Part shown: one piece after another, positions 36,101 to 49,715 of the stretch
How positions within the stretch are numbered: the stretch's first letter is position 1
Layout: each line of letters starts with the position of its first letter
Assembly (NCBI RefSeq): GCF_006345805.1
Contig: NC_042997.1
Span: forward strand, 53,320,001 to 53,384,000
Source: Octopus sinensis
Taxonomy: Eukaryota
Direction: 5' to 3'
Length of the DNA stretch: 64,000 bases
Notes under the pieces: generated by a model
The model's database searches: none
Seen by the model: the letters and a program-made list of their open reading frames with translations, nothing else
Told to the model about the DNA's origin: nothing
Position numbers and translations under genes: made by a program

Positions 36101-39100
36101 TGTCACCAACCCTCATCTGTGTTCAAGTAAGGCAATATTCCTCCATGACAAAACATGTTTTACGAAAGATTGGAAATAAAACATGATTGATGGTGACACA
36201 GCTTGATTGATGATGACACTTATTTATGCCTATCATGCATGGAAACAGCAACATACATAAACATATATGATAGGCTTCTTTCAGTTTCTGTTTACCAAAT
36301 CCACTCAAAAACCTTTGATTGACCCAAGGCTACCCTAGAAAACATTTACCTTAGTGCCACATAATAGCTAAACCTGAAACCTTGTGGTTGGAAAGCAAAC
36401 TTCTTACCACACAGCCATGCCTGCAGCTAGTATGTATATGTAAAGTGTGAGTATCCAAAAACCTTAATTCAAGATGTTTTTCAGTACTCAAGAAGTTAAC
36501 CCTTTCGTTACTGCATTTATTTTGAGATGCTCTGTGTTTCTTTCAATTACTTTAAATATAACAAAAAATTCAGTAAAATTACTTAGTTATCATTCAGCTA
36601 GTTAGGAACATAAATTGTGACTAAAGTTTGGTGGAAGATTTTAATTCAAAACTTATGAAAACATGACATTTCTACTACAGAGCCAGAGACGGTTTCAGGT
36701 GGGTTGGTAATGAAAGGGTTAAACTGTACAATATGATATAATAAATAAATGCTTAAATCAATTGAAAGTGCAAATTTTGTTATTATTTATTCCATTGTTT
36801 TCCTCTCCAAATATACAGGATACTCACTTTGACATTAATTTCTATCAAGGCAATGTCGTTGCCAAGATATGTAAAGTTTTAAAAGGATATAAAATTATCA
36901 CTTCTCCTCACATTAACTTTTATTTTATAAAAATAATACTTTTTTGCATTGACACAAGCTATAGGAGCTGTTGAATGATATAAAAAATTGAGCACAAGTG
37001 AACTGAAAAAGTAGCTGTTAATTAAAGGTATCAAAGATAATAGCAGAGAGATAACTCTGCTGATCTGCCTGTCAAGTAACTGGACAATGATTAAGTGTAA
37101 GCACTGTCTCAAGTTCCAGGACCCATAGGGTAGTTACCTGGTTTCCATGGTGTATAAATGGTCAAGATCACAACATTCCTCTTGAACAGGATGCCTGTCT
37201 ATTGCAGGATTACTCATTTATAGCTGAGTGAACTGAAACAACATGAAATGAAGTGTTTTGTTCAAGAAAACAATGCATTGCTTTGTCTTGGAATCAAAAT
37301 TAGAACTTTGCAATTGTGAATGCAACACCTTAACCACTGTACCTTCACTCGACAGTGCTGGGTGAATAAATTATCACAAGCTCTCAATGGAAGACATGGT
37401 GAGGTCATGTCTCGGGATGTAATGCTTCTTAGATAATATTAGAGAGAGAGAGAATTAACTATGTGTTGTACAATAGATCTATTCAATTTCATCATCATCA
37501 TCATCATCATCATTTAACATCCGCTTTCCATGCTAGCATGGGTTGGACGGTTCAACTAAGGTCTGGGATGCCAGAAGGATGCACCAGGCCCAGTCTGATC
37601 TGGCAATGTTTCTACAGCTGGATGCCCTTCCTAACGCCAACCACTCCGTGAGTGTAGTGGGTGCTTTTTACGTGCCACTGGCACAGGTGCCAGACGAGGC
37701 TGGCAAACGGCCACGATCGGATGGTGCTTTTTACGTGCCACCAGCATGGAGGCCGGTCAGGCGGCGCTGGCTATGGCCACATTCGGATGGTTCTCTTGCG
37801 GGCCACCGGCACTGGTTAAGGAAAAGCAGATGTTAAACTAGTTAAATTACAATGATGGTAATGATGCTGTTGATGAAGCTGATGTGCTTAAAGTAACTTC
37901 CTGTAAACTGCAAATTGCATGCTTTGTCACACAGCCACTTACCCGTTTACCATTATAGTCACCTAGCCGGATAATTGGATGCTGAGTAAATGCTTTCCAA
38001 GTCAATTCAAAGAGTTCCCCGTATATGAGAGGGCTCTGAAGTCAAGAAATACAAAGTTAAATGTCAGTGTGAATATTTGCTTCATAAACATTTTTTTTTT
38101 TACAATTCAAGATATTTACTTTATTCATGGATATCTTAAGGAAACTCTACCAATTATGTCCAAGCATATTATGCTAGCTAGTATTTACAGCTTACATTAA
38201 AAGAAACCATGAGCTTATTGACACATGCACATGTGCATGCAATCATTTTAACAAGTGTATACAAGCAGCCTATGTTAGAATGAATAGTGCTAGGCATTCA
38301 ACCATAAGGCACCTGTACTTTAACATTGGATGTCTCTGACTGTTGGAGCTTAATTCCTATTTATCTTCTAAGTCCGATCTCTAAATTAACAGTGTACATG
38401 ATGAGGCAATAAGGATGTGTGTAAACAGTCACTTAACTGTTTAACAGCTGAAAAGCAGCCAAATCTCCTTCAAATCACATCATCCTATCTTTATGAAAAG
38501 GAAAGATAAATAGGTCAATTTAACCCTTGATACACACACACACACATTATAAGATAACAGGATAACACTGTTAGTAGGAGAGGTTTGGAATCTAAAGGGT
38601 GTGTGGGTGAAATAAAATAAATTTGTATAAAATAAAACGAGACAAAATGAGATATGAGGAGGTTTAATTTTTGTGATAGATTTAGGGATATAAAAGTTTC
38701 ATAAGTTCATGGATGTAAAACATCCAGGCTTACGGATATGGAAGCAGATATAAAAGTAGATAGGTAATGTATATATATATACACACCTATAGGTATTATG
38801 CAAAAACTGTTAACTTTACTTAATTGTTTATTATATATTATATATTATATATTAATGGCGGTGCCCCAGCATGGCAACAGCTCATTAGCTGAAACTGGAA
38901 AAATCAAAAATCAAAATCATATGGTATGGAAATTTCCATTGCACTAAAGTGGAACTGTGTCAATGACCAGGTTGCAGTTAAGGCAACAAACATTTTGACA
39001 CCAGTTATATGTTGGCTGACACATAGTCTCAGATCAAATTGTTTGTTAGAAAAGTACACCTCCGATACATTTAAATTCAGACTAGACATATTGTAACAAA

Positions 39101-42100
39101 AATATAAAATATAAGGCACTTACTGTATCCCACATGACAATATAAATGTCAGTACTGAAGGAATTATTCATATGTTGTGTTAAATATAAGTTGATAAAAT
39201 CACAGAAATGATGATATAAGTTAATACCTATAATAGAAATTTAGAAAAAAGAAAAAGAGAAATATGTGGTAGTAAAGTGAATAAATTTTAAATAATGATA
39301 ATTAAAACCAATCAATTTTTGTCTTTAATGAATAATAACAATATATCATCATCATCATTTAACGTCAGTTTTCCATGCTAGCATGGGTTGGACGGTTTTG
39401 CCTGAGGGCTGGCAGCCAGATGGCTGCACCAGGCTCCAGTCTTGATCTGGCAGAGTTTCTACATCTGGATGCCCTTCCTAACGCCAACCACTCTGAGAGT
39501 GTAGAGGGTGCGTTTTACGTGCCACCTGCATGAGGGCCAGTCGGGCGGTACTGGCAATGACCTCACTCGAATCTTTTTTCACTTGCCACCGACATAGGTG
39601 CCAGTGGAGCGACATTGGTAACGATCACGCTCGAATGGTTCCCTTTTACGTGCCACGGGTACGGAAGCCAGTTGGCTGCTCTGGCAACGATCACAACGAT
39701 CACGCTCGGATGGTGTTCTTGGCACCCTACAAGCACAGGTGTAAGTGCCAGTAAGGCGACGCTGGTAATGATCATACTTGAATAGCCGCTCTGTCAACGA
39801 TCACATTCGTATGATGCTCTTTGCACCCCGCTAGCATGGGGTGCAAAGAATATACAAAGAAATACAAAGAATATACAAAGAAAATAATAAGGTTACATTA
39901 CATTTGACATGCAACAAGCTATTTGTTATGTTCAGCATGAAATTGCCATCATCATCTCATTAAATGTCTATCTTCTATGCTGGCTTGGGTATTTTCGTTA
40001 TGGTACTAGCACTAGTGGGGCTGTATGCAACTTGCAAGACTGAAAGCCTCTTAAATAATAGGCAAGGAGACAGCTTTATGCTAGGAGATGACGGCCAGAA
40101 CAGAACAGGTTTCTTGCTGTAGAGGGGCTACTTAGAAGATAGGGTCGGAGTGACTAGAGTAGAGCTGAAAGAAATGAAAATAGTGATGATGAAGTGTCAG
40201 GGTAGAGCCTCAAAGTCGAAGGCAAGTACAAGTGAGTGTGGACAGAGAATGCAGGTGGATAGCAGTTGTAAGAGTGTATGGGAGAGCCAGAGATGGGAGA
40301 GAGTGAGGTGATGAATATAATGAAGAATAAGTGTTGAAGGATAAGTAGGGAAGAGTAGATGACAACTGTAGAGATTGGATAGAACTAAGAGGTGGATAAA
40401 GAGTGATCAACAATACCCAAGTTGGGTAGATGGCAATAGAGTGGAAAAGGACAAGGGGAGGTGAAGAGGATCAGAATAGTAATAAGGGTACAGTAAACAG
40501 GGGGGAAGATGTGTGTGAGAGAGAGAGAGAGAGAGATGATCAATGTAAAAAGTGGGTGGAGAGGACAATACTATGAATGAAGGGTGGATATCAAGTGAAA
40601 TGGTTCTGAATAGTAAGAAGGAGATGATAATGAGAATGTTCTGAGGATAAAATTGGGCAGGTGGGGAGGGGGCAGTTGTGCATATAATGTGTGTGTGTGT
40701 GTATTTAATGTGCTTACAGGATTTCAGCTTCATTGAGGTGGGTGGGTCTTCTGGAGTACTGCATATCACCAGTCATCCTAGTCTTTTGTCATCACCTGTG
40801 AGGTTTAAGGTCCTAAGATCAGCCTTCACTACTTGGCTTCATATCTTCCTGGGTATCCTTCTGCCAGCTCCACATTAAGTGATTGACATTTCTTTATACA
40901 GCTGTCCTCATCCATACCTATCACATGACTATACCAGGGCAGTTTCTTTCTGCAACACTACATCTGATTGACCTGCTTTTCTCTCAATGCTCTTATTTTT
41001 GTTGTTCATGCTCTTAGACTGCACGACCGATAATTTATGTCAGCTTCATTTGTTTCCCATCTTCTCAAATCCTCTGCAGTCAAGGACCATGACTCACTAT
41101 CATGCAGCTCAATCACAACCATCGTACAATCTGCCCTTCACTTTGAGGGAAAAGACCTTTGTTGCAAGCAGTGGTAATAACTTCCTAAACGTTTTTCAAC
41201 CTGTTCATATTCTATACTTTCAGAGCAACCATCTACCTTGCCATTTACATCTCTTAGGCAACAAAATCTATTGACTACTTCTTGTGAGTCATCCATGTAT
41301 TTAAGAGAATCTGTTCTTAATGTGTTCATAGAATATACTGCTCCAATGCATCTGTCACATTTGAAACTTACTTTCTCTGTTACAACATTTTTGGGAATTC
41401 AGTAGGATCTCATATATGTAGTATAGTGAGTTGAAAAACTTTGATCAACTGAGACTGTCCAACCAATTAGCAGGTACAAAGTCCCTCTCAGAGTGTCTAA
41501 AATCTAAAAACACCAGCTTTGCTGAGGAGGTTTAATAAGACTGAATCATATCTTATTATTACCAGCTGGCTTAATAGTAAGCCATCAATGTAGATTGAAG
41601 TAGATTTGTTCTTTATCGTGTTTAAAAAATTCAATTAATTGATCTTATTGGAGTTATCTTCCTTGATCATTTTTAGCTTTTCATCACATCACCTAAAAGG
41701 ACTTTTTATTAACTAATCAGTTGGAAAATTTCAGTAGATCAAAGCCTTTCAACTCACTATGTTGCACATGAACAATCCTATCCTACTGTTTCTGTATTTA
41801 GCATGCACAACAACTCCCCATAAGTATTTTCCCCTCAGCCATATTGTTAACATTTTTGGAAACCTTGCTCTTTTCCATAAATGCAATTTAGCAATTAAGC
41901 TACAGGAATTCATTGGTTTCTGTTCATTATAAATAGAAGAATGATACAACAGAGTAGTGCTTCCAAATTTGACTTGACCTTTTGTTTGTTTTCTTTTTAT
42001 AATATAATGAAGTCAATTTTGTGAGGTATGATATTTAAATATGAAGATCACATCCTCCACCAAGCAATAAAATATATCATCAGACTGATTTGTATGTTGA

Positions 42101-45100
42101 TGTTTATATCAGTATATCCTTATTAGAAGAGATGAAATTCCAAGCAAAAATCTAAATAGAATGCTTGAACTGACTTGGAAAACATCCAAAGGATAAAATG
42201 ATGGAAAAAGAAATTTTACATGGAACTATTTTAGTGCATTCTATTTTCTTTCTCCTGGGTAGGGTAAATATAGAAATCTAAAATTTGTATATCTTCATAA
42301 TCAGCAGTACATTTAGAAGATTTTGCTTATATATATATATATATACACACACACAGACACCCACTTTCCCATACTGGCATGGGTTCAGCAGTATATTTTG
42401 AGGAAGTATTTTACAGCCAGATGCCTTTCCTGATACCAACTCTTTTTTAATATGCAGGAACAGGGTGCACGTATTGTAAAAACTGGGAGACACTAAATAA
42501 AAATTATCATCAAAAGACTGTTGAAACTAGAAAAAGAACTTTAATAATAATCTTTCCCTGAATATTATATGTTTGTAATGCCTGATAACAATTTTGAGCA
42601 AGATTCTTAACCACTCAGCTATTTAAGGCAGTGATCTAGCAGAATTGTTACCATGCCAGGTAAGATGCTTAGTGGCATTTCATTTATCTTTATGTTCCAA
42701 GTTCTAATTCTGCCAAGATCAACTTTGCCTTTCATCCTTTTGGGGTTAATAAAGTAAGTACCAGCTGAGCACTGGGATTGATGTAATTAACTTACCTCCA
42801 ACCCTGAAATTGCTGGCCTTGTGTCAAAAATGGAAACTAATATTTAATCCTGTCTGAGGTGGCGAGATGGCAAAATGCTTAGTGGTATTTCATCCGTCTT
42901 TACGTTAAGAGTTCAAATTCTGCCAAGGGCGGCTTTGCCTTTCATCATTTTGGGTGTCAATAAAATAAGTACTAGTTGAACACCAGGGTCGATATAATTG
43001 ACTTGCCCCTCACCCAAAACTGCTGGCTTAATCCTATCAAATGAAACCATAATTAAATCCTGAACAACCTCTACAGATGATCATTTGTAAGAAAGATAGT
43101 TACAATACAATATTATATTATATTACAAACAAAATTTCTTAAAACAGAATCAAAACATTACTTACCAACATCCATTTTCATAATGATTGTTGGTTTTTCA
43201 ATATGAACATCACAATGTTCTGTATTGTTAGTGTGGAAATTAAATGATGAATAATTCTCTAGTTCTGCAAACCTATTTAAATATAAATAATACAAGAATC
43301 ATCAAGGGATTAAATATTCAAAAGTATTTTTGTATGTTATTTGAAATAAAATTTCAAACATGTTGGTAACTTTCAAGACATCCTACATATCTGAAAAATA
43401 TATTAAGATAAATAACCAGGAGAAAAACATATTGTTTTGACATATAGCAAACAAATTGATTGAAATGTTATAAGTACATTAACAAATCTGCTTTGCTGAC
43501 ATTATCTTATAAACTATAAACATCATTTCTATTCTGAGTGGTGTGAATAATAATTTAAGAAATCCTGTACAGATATAGGCGTAGGAGTGGCTGTGTGGTA
43601 AGTAGCTTGCTTATGAACCACATGGTTCCAGGTTCAGTCCCACTGCGTGGCATCTTGGACAGGTGTCTTCTACTATAGCCTCAGGCCGACCAAAGCTTGT
43701 GAGTGGATTTGGTAGACGGAAACTGAAAGAAGCCCATCATATATGTGTGTGTGTGTGTGTGTGTATGTTTGCCCCCTCCCCCCAACATTGCTTGACAACC
43801 GATGCTGGTGTGTTTACATCCCCGTAACTTAACGGTTTGGCAAAAGAGACCGATAGAACAAGTATTAGGCTTACAAAGAATAAGTCCTAGGATCGATTTG
43901 CTCCAGCATGGCCACAGTCAGATGACGGAAGCAAGTAAAAGAGTATATATTTTTTTTAATATTATCTTTTGTTATTAATGACATTGTTGGTTACAGGTTT
44001 CCAATGTACCAATCACTAGTTCACTTACATTTTCAACAGTGAGAAGTAATAAGGGTTTGCTTGTGCAACTATGATAGAACAAATATCACAAGGGATTTCA
44101 TCCAACAGCAATAATTTATTATTTTTCTTGTCAATACAAGGTTGTATCAAGAAGTTCCCAGACTAGTTCTGTAGTGTGCCAACAGATGGCAGCACATGGC
44201 TGTGTGTGCAGTGAAAGCTAGCAGCGACCTTCGTGGGGCAGTGTGCTGAGTGACGTCTTACTTCACAACTTGTGAAATTTGTGTTTTTGTGGTCATGTGT
44301 ATGCTGTAGACTGCAACTTTTGTCATGGACAGGAAGTTGAAACAAGGAGCCAATGTGGAGTTTTGCATTAACCCTTTCGTTACCAACCCAGCTGAAACCG
44401 GCTCTGGCTCTTTTGTATAAATGTTTTGTTTTCATAAGTTTTTAATTCAAATCTTTCACCAAATCTTAGTCACAATTTATGTTCCTAACACTAGCTTAAT
44501 GATAACGATGTTATTTTACTAAATTCTTTGTTATATTTAAAATAATTGGAAGAAACACAGAGCATCTCAAAATAAATGCAGTAATGAAAGGGTTAAACAT
44601 GTGAAGTCTGCTACAGAGATATGGAGCATTCTTTGGCAAGCTTATGGTAATGAGGCAATGGGTTGCACGCAATGTTTCAAGTGCACAGGCACTTCAAAAG
44701 TGGAAGAACATCTCTGGAAGATGATAAGTGATCTGGAAGACCTACCATGAATGCCACCTCTGGGAATGTGGAGAAAATTCATCAGCTTGTGCACAAGGTT
44801 TGTTGGAGGACAATCAACGACATTGCTGATGTTGTTGGTCTGTTGTATGGGTCTCTAATCAGGCAATCCTAATGCCTGAATTTAACATGCAGCATGTCTC
44901 TGCCAGTCAATGACATTTTGAAGCATCAGAGGGAGGACATTTGGCAAAAATGACTGGATCTGTGGAGCGTGAAGAATTGGATTCTTCATGAGAACAATGT
45001 ACCTTGTCACCAAGCTTTCCTCATTCATGAGTTTCTTGCCAAAAACAACATGATATCACCTCCAAACCCACCCTATTCACCAGATTTAGCACCTGTGGAC

Positions 45101-48100
45101 TTCCATCTCTTCCCCCGAGATGAAAATGCAGCTCAAAGGTCATTGCTTTAACACCATTGTCAAGATCAAGAGCAGATTACAGAAGGTCCTCAACTCGCTT
45201 ACGGAAAACGACTTCCAGGCTAGATTCCAAAAGTGGCAGGAACACTAGGACAGGTATATTGCTGCGCAAGGTGACTATTTCAAAGGAGATGATGTTAAAG
45301 CTTAGGTAAATAAGTTATTTTTTTATTAAACATAACTAGTCTGGGAACCTTTTGATACCACCTCATATTTACATTTTCCACTCAAATACATTCACCCCCA
45401 AAAAGGACAACTCTCCCCATGTACACACACATATACAATTGGCTTTTGTACAATTTCTTTCAACTAAATAATAGCATTCATAAAGCATTGGGAAAATTGA
45501 GGCTATAGTAGATGGCACTTATCCAAGATTCTGAGCAGTGGGATCAAATCTGCAATTGCAAAGATAACATCTTAACCACATGGTGGAAATTGTACATTTT
45601 ACTTCCATTCCACTTAATATGAAAATTTTATATTCAAAATTAACATTTTCAATGAAAAATTAATTCAAAATAAAATCATTAATAAGGGTTCAAAATTAAA
45701 GTGTTGTAGAAATCAATAAAAAGATGTAAAAGAAAATGAATGAAATTGTGAACCTACCATGATTGAAGTGGACTTTTATGTTGCCCTTCAGCCCGTATTA
45801 AATTTTTGAAAATATGACAATGGCCCCCAATTTCATTTTCTTTGAAAATGTTTTCTCGGAATCTGTTCAAAGACAAGTTGCACATGAAAATTTTCCTTTT
45901 ATCAAAACTTTGTTTCACTTCAAGAGATACATGATAAACACTCCAGTAAATTCTTTCTTTTAACTTTTAATCAACATAATAAAAAGACTTAGTCTTTTAA
46001 TGCATAGAACATTAAAAAGCTTAGCAGAAGTAATTAGATGGTGGAGAAAATTACCAATATTCTAGTTGGGCAAGGATGGGAAAAACCTTATCAGTAAAGC
46101 ACAAACTTCATCATACTTGATGAAATAGTGATTAGACTAATTGTGAAATATTCTATAACAGTTATTGTAGGGAAAAAAATGCTATTTAGAGAATAAATAA
46201 CTTAGAGATACCACCTGTATGAAAAAAATATAGTTAAATTAGTGACTTTAAAGATCAGAAATTGGAATAAGTCTGTGTGCGGTAAGAAGAGAATTCACAC
46301 ACACAGGCAAGACCCAGGTCACACTTTTATGGAAACTAGAGTATTCTAAGTTCGTTGTTATTTTCGTATGTAAATGTCATGTAGAAATGAGACAATGAAA
46401 TCATATTACTGTTGTAATTAGGCTGTAGATTATCAAACTAAAAAGAACATGTGAGAGTTCAGATTCTTGTTGTATTTGAAGATGTAATTAGTCTGTTTGT
46501 GGTATTAGGAATTACACTCCAAATCTCCACCATTACACTAGTAATTTTATGGGATTCTGTAAAGACGATAATTTGTATATCATAAAAAAGTAACAACAAC
46601 TGCTTAATTGTAGCATCATGGGTTGTGAAGTTATCTCATCTTTATTGTTACACTACATTTTTAATCAAATTCTTAATTCTGTTTGTTTATAGGTAAATGC
46701 CATACTATTTTGATTTGGAAACAGGCCCTAAAGCCTCAAATGCCCACGAATCAAGTATTAGTAAATATCCTATTACCTGTCATTCCCAGTATTGAGATCA
46801 ATATTTCTGAAGTCAATGTAGATATTGGTTGCTTCACAATATCGGAAGTAGTTGCAACATTTTAGAGATGAATCACCCTGTAAAAGGAAAATATCAATTG
46901 TTTTCAAAGTTAAAAGCTGTTTGCGATGTTGATGGATGGAAGTCAACTGGTTGTAAGACATTAAGCTGTATAAAATTGGTTTAAAGGTGTCCCTGAAATA
47001 TTGCATATCCATAAAGATTTCATAGTAAAAAGCAGATTCCATAGCGTTTTATTGTACAATAGTAAATTAATATAAATTCCATTTATATATTTTCTCAGTT
47101 AATATGAATGAACTTCAAGGTTAAGACATATTTTTGGAGAAATTATTCTTAAATGAATAATTGGGTGAATTAAATAAATAAATCCAAACTATTTTAGTTA
47201 GATCTATGAGTATGGGCCAGAGTTGTAGTTGTTTTGGAAAGAAGGATGATTGAAAAATATATAGGAATAGCATTAAATGTAAAAGTTTAAGAATGACAAC
47301 CAACATGCTTATACTCTTTTACTTGTTTCAGTCATTTGACTGTGGCCATGCTGGAGCACCACCTTTAGTTGAGCAAATAGACCTTGGGACTTATTTATTC
47401 TATCGGTCTCTTTTACTGATCCGCTAAGTTACAGGGACGTAAACTCACTAGCATTGGTTGACAAGCGATGTTGAGGGGGGGGGGACAAACACAGACACAT
47501 AAGCATACAAACACATATATATATACATATATACGACAGGCTTCTTTCAGTTTCCGTCTACCAAATCTACTCACAAGGCTTTGGTCGGCCTGAGGCTATA
47601 GTAGAAGGCACTTGCCCAAAGTGCCACGCAGTGGGACTGAACCCAGAACCATGTGGTTCGTAAGCAAGCTACTTACCACACAGCCACTCCTATGCCTATG
47701 GTATGTTTCAAAGGAACTTGTTGATGGAAATTAGAGGAGGCCATAAAAAAAAAGATAGTGGGCAAGGAGAAACTTTCAGATGACTGCAGTTCCTGGGAGA
47801 AGTGGGGAAGGATTGATAAACTGTTTAGTATAGAGACTAGATTAGTATTTCTTGATCTTTTAGAATTTATGGCTCACTGGAGATGAAACAAAAATTTTCT
47901 AGAGCATTTCACACGGAAAATTTACATTAAAAAAAAAAAGGAAAATATAGAAATCTATTGCTTGCTATGCATTATTAATCACACTTGTACCTAACAAAAT
48001 TATGACTAACATGTGACATCTGTATCCTTTGTCCAGATTTAGAGATAGAAGAGAGGAGCCAGGTGAATACATAATTTGATAACATCCTCCTTATTTTCTT

Positions 48101-49678
48101 TTTCTATATCACAAGAATCTATGGGGCTGATGATTATACTTTCAGCAGTGTTTAGCTGATGAATGACTAATCCATGGGGGATAAAATACTACTTTATCAC
48201 AGATAGCTTTTGCACAGGAGACTTGAATTTAGCACTGCAATCCAACAAACTGCTGCACTACTTATCTATTATATTATTGAATGAAGGTAGTGACTTTGGA
48301 TTAGCTTACTAATAGACCAGTTTAATAGTACAAGTTTGTAGAAGGAATGGATAGCTGAGCTGATTGGGTATTAGATAATCAACCAAAATTATGTATGAAG
48401 GCATGGCTTAGATTTGATCTCACCGTGTGACAACTTGGGTACATGTCTTCTATCATAACTTGGATCAACCAAAGCCTTGTAAGCGAAATTTGGTAGATGG
48501 AAACTGAGAAACTGTCACAGGGAATATTCCTGTTTTACAGTAGCAGTCATAATACATTGCTGTGTTTACACTTTAATACCATCACTGTAGTTGTGTTTGG
48601 CTGAGATCACACTACTTGCATTGAAGCAAGGTCTGCCCTTTTTTTCTTACCTATCTTCATAGTGATATGTCTCTTGTCTAGGGACACACTGCTGTGCTGG
48701 TGATAGCATGTGAACCCTTTGTCCCTTTCTCTTTTCAGGGTCCCTGAGACTGGTGGGAGAAAGGGAAAAATTCACTACCTTCATTCAATTAGAAAGTAAC
48801 GACTTTTACATATTTCCCAAGGAGATTATCAGTTGTAAGTAAAATCAAACTGGGTCACAGGCTCAGTTTCCTGACAATTTGCATAGATGCTGTAATTGAT
48901 ACCTAGAAACCATTACACTAATAACAGTAATTACAACAATAACAAGAACTCACATGAAACTTTGAAGGAAGAAAAAAAAATACATTGTTGGGAGAAGAAA
49001 GAGAAAAAGTATAAAAATAAAATCAATATGAAATGAAAATAAGGTCAAAGATAAGGGGGAAAGGAACCTTATTAATACTTGATGTCAGGCAAAAAATAAA
49101 TAAAAAAAATAAATTCAAGTAGAATTACAAGTTTTTCAGCAGTACAGTAGGATTTTAATTCTTCTCTTCTTTTTTTCACATAACCAAAATCTCCATTTTC
49201 CCAGAATGATTCTATCTGAGCCTTCTTGTCCTGATACCTAGTAAAAGAATTGAAGTAGAACCAAAAGCAGGTCTTTCCTAAATTACATAGCAGTGAATCT
49301 CAAATTTATGTAGTATAAAGTAGTAATTGTTTAGCTTTTAGACTATAAAGAAATAAATATTTTAGTTTTAACAGAAGATGCCTGTTTCTTTTTTCCCTTT
49401 TGTTTTGAACCATGAAACCCAGGAAGAGTTATAAGCTACACATAAACACACATGCATCTATCTATCTATCTATCTAATATAATAAATGTAAAAACTAATT
49501 TGTTTGTCATACTTAGGCCCCTCTCTCATTATTCCATGAGAGAGGTATGTGAGAGAAAGAGGAAGATGAAGAACAACTTTGTTTAACCATGTCTTTTGAC
49601 AAATTCCTGTTGCTGTCATACCGAACACTCATTTTTGTTTTATTTTTTGCTTTCTTTAATAGATATGCGCGCACACAT

Positions 49679-49715
<37 letters not shown>

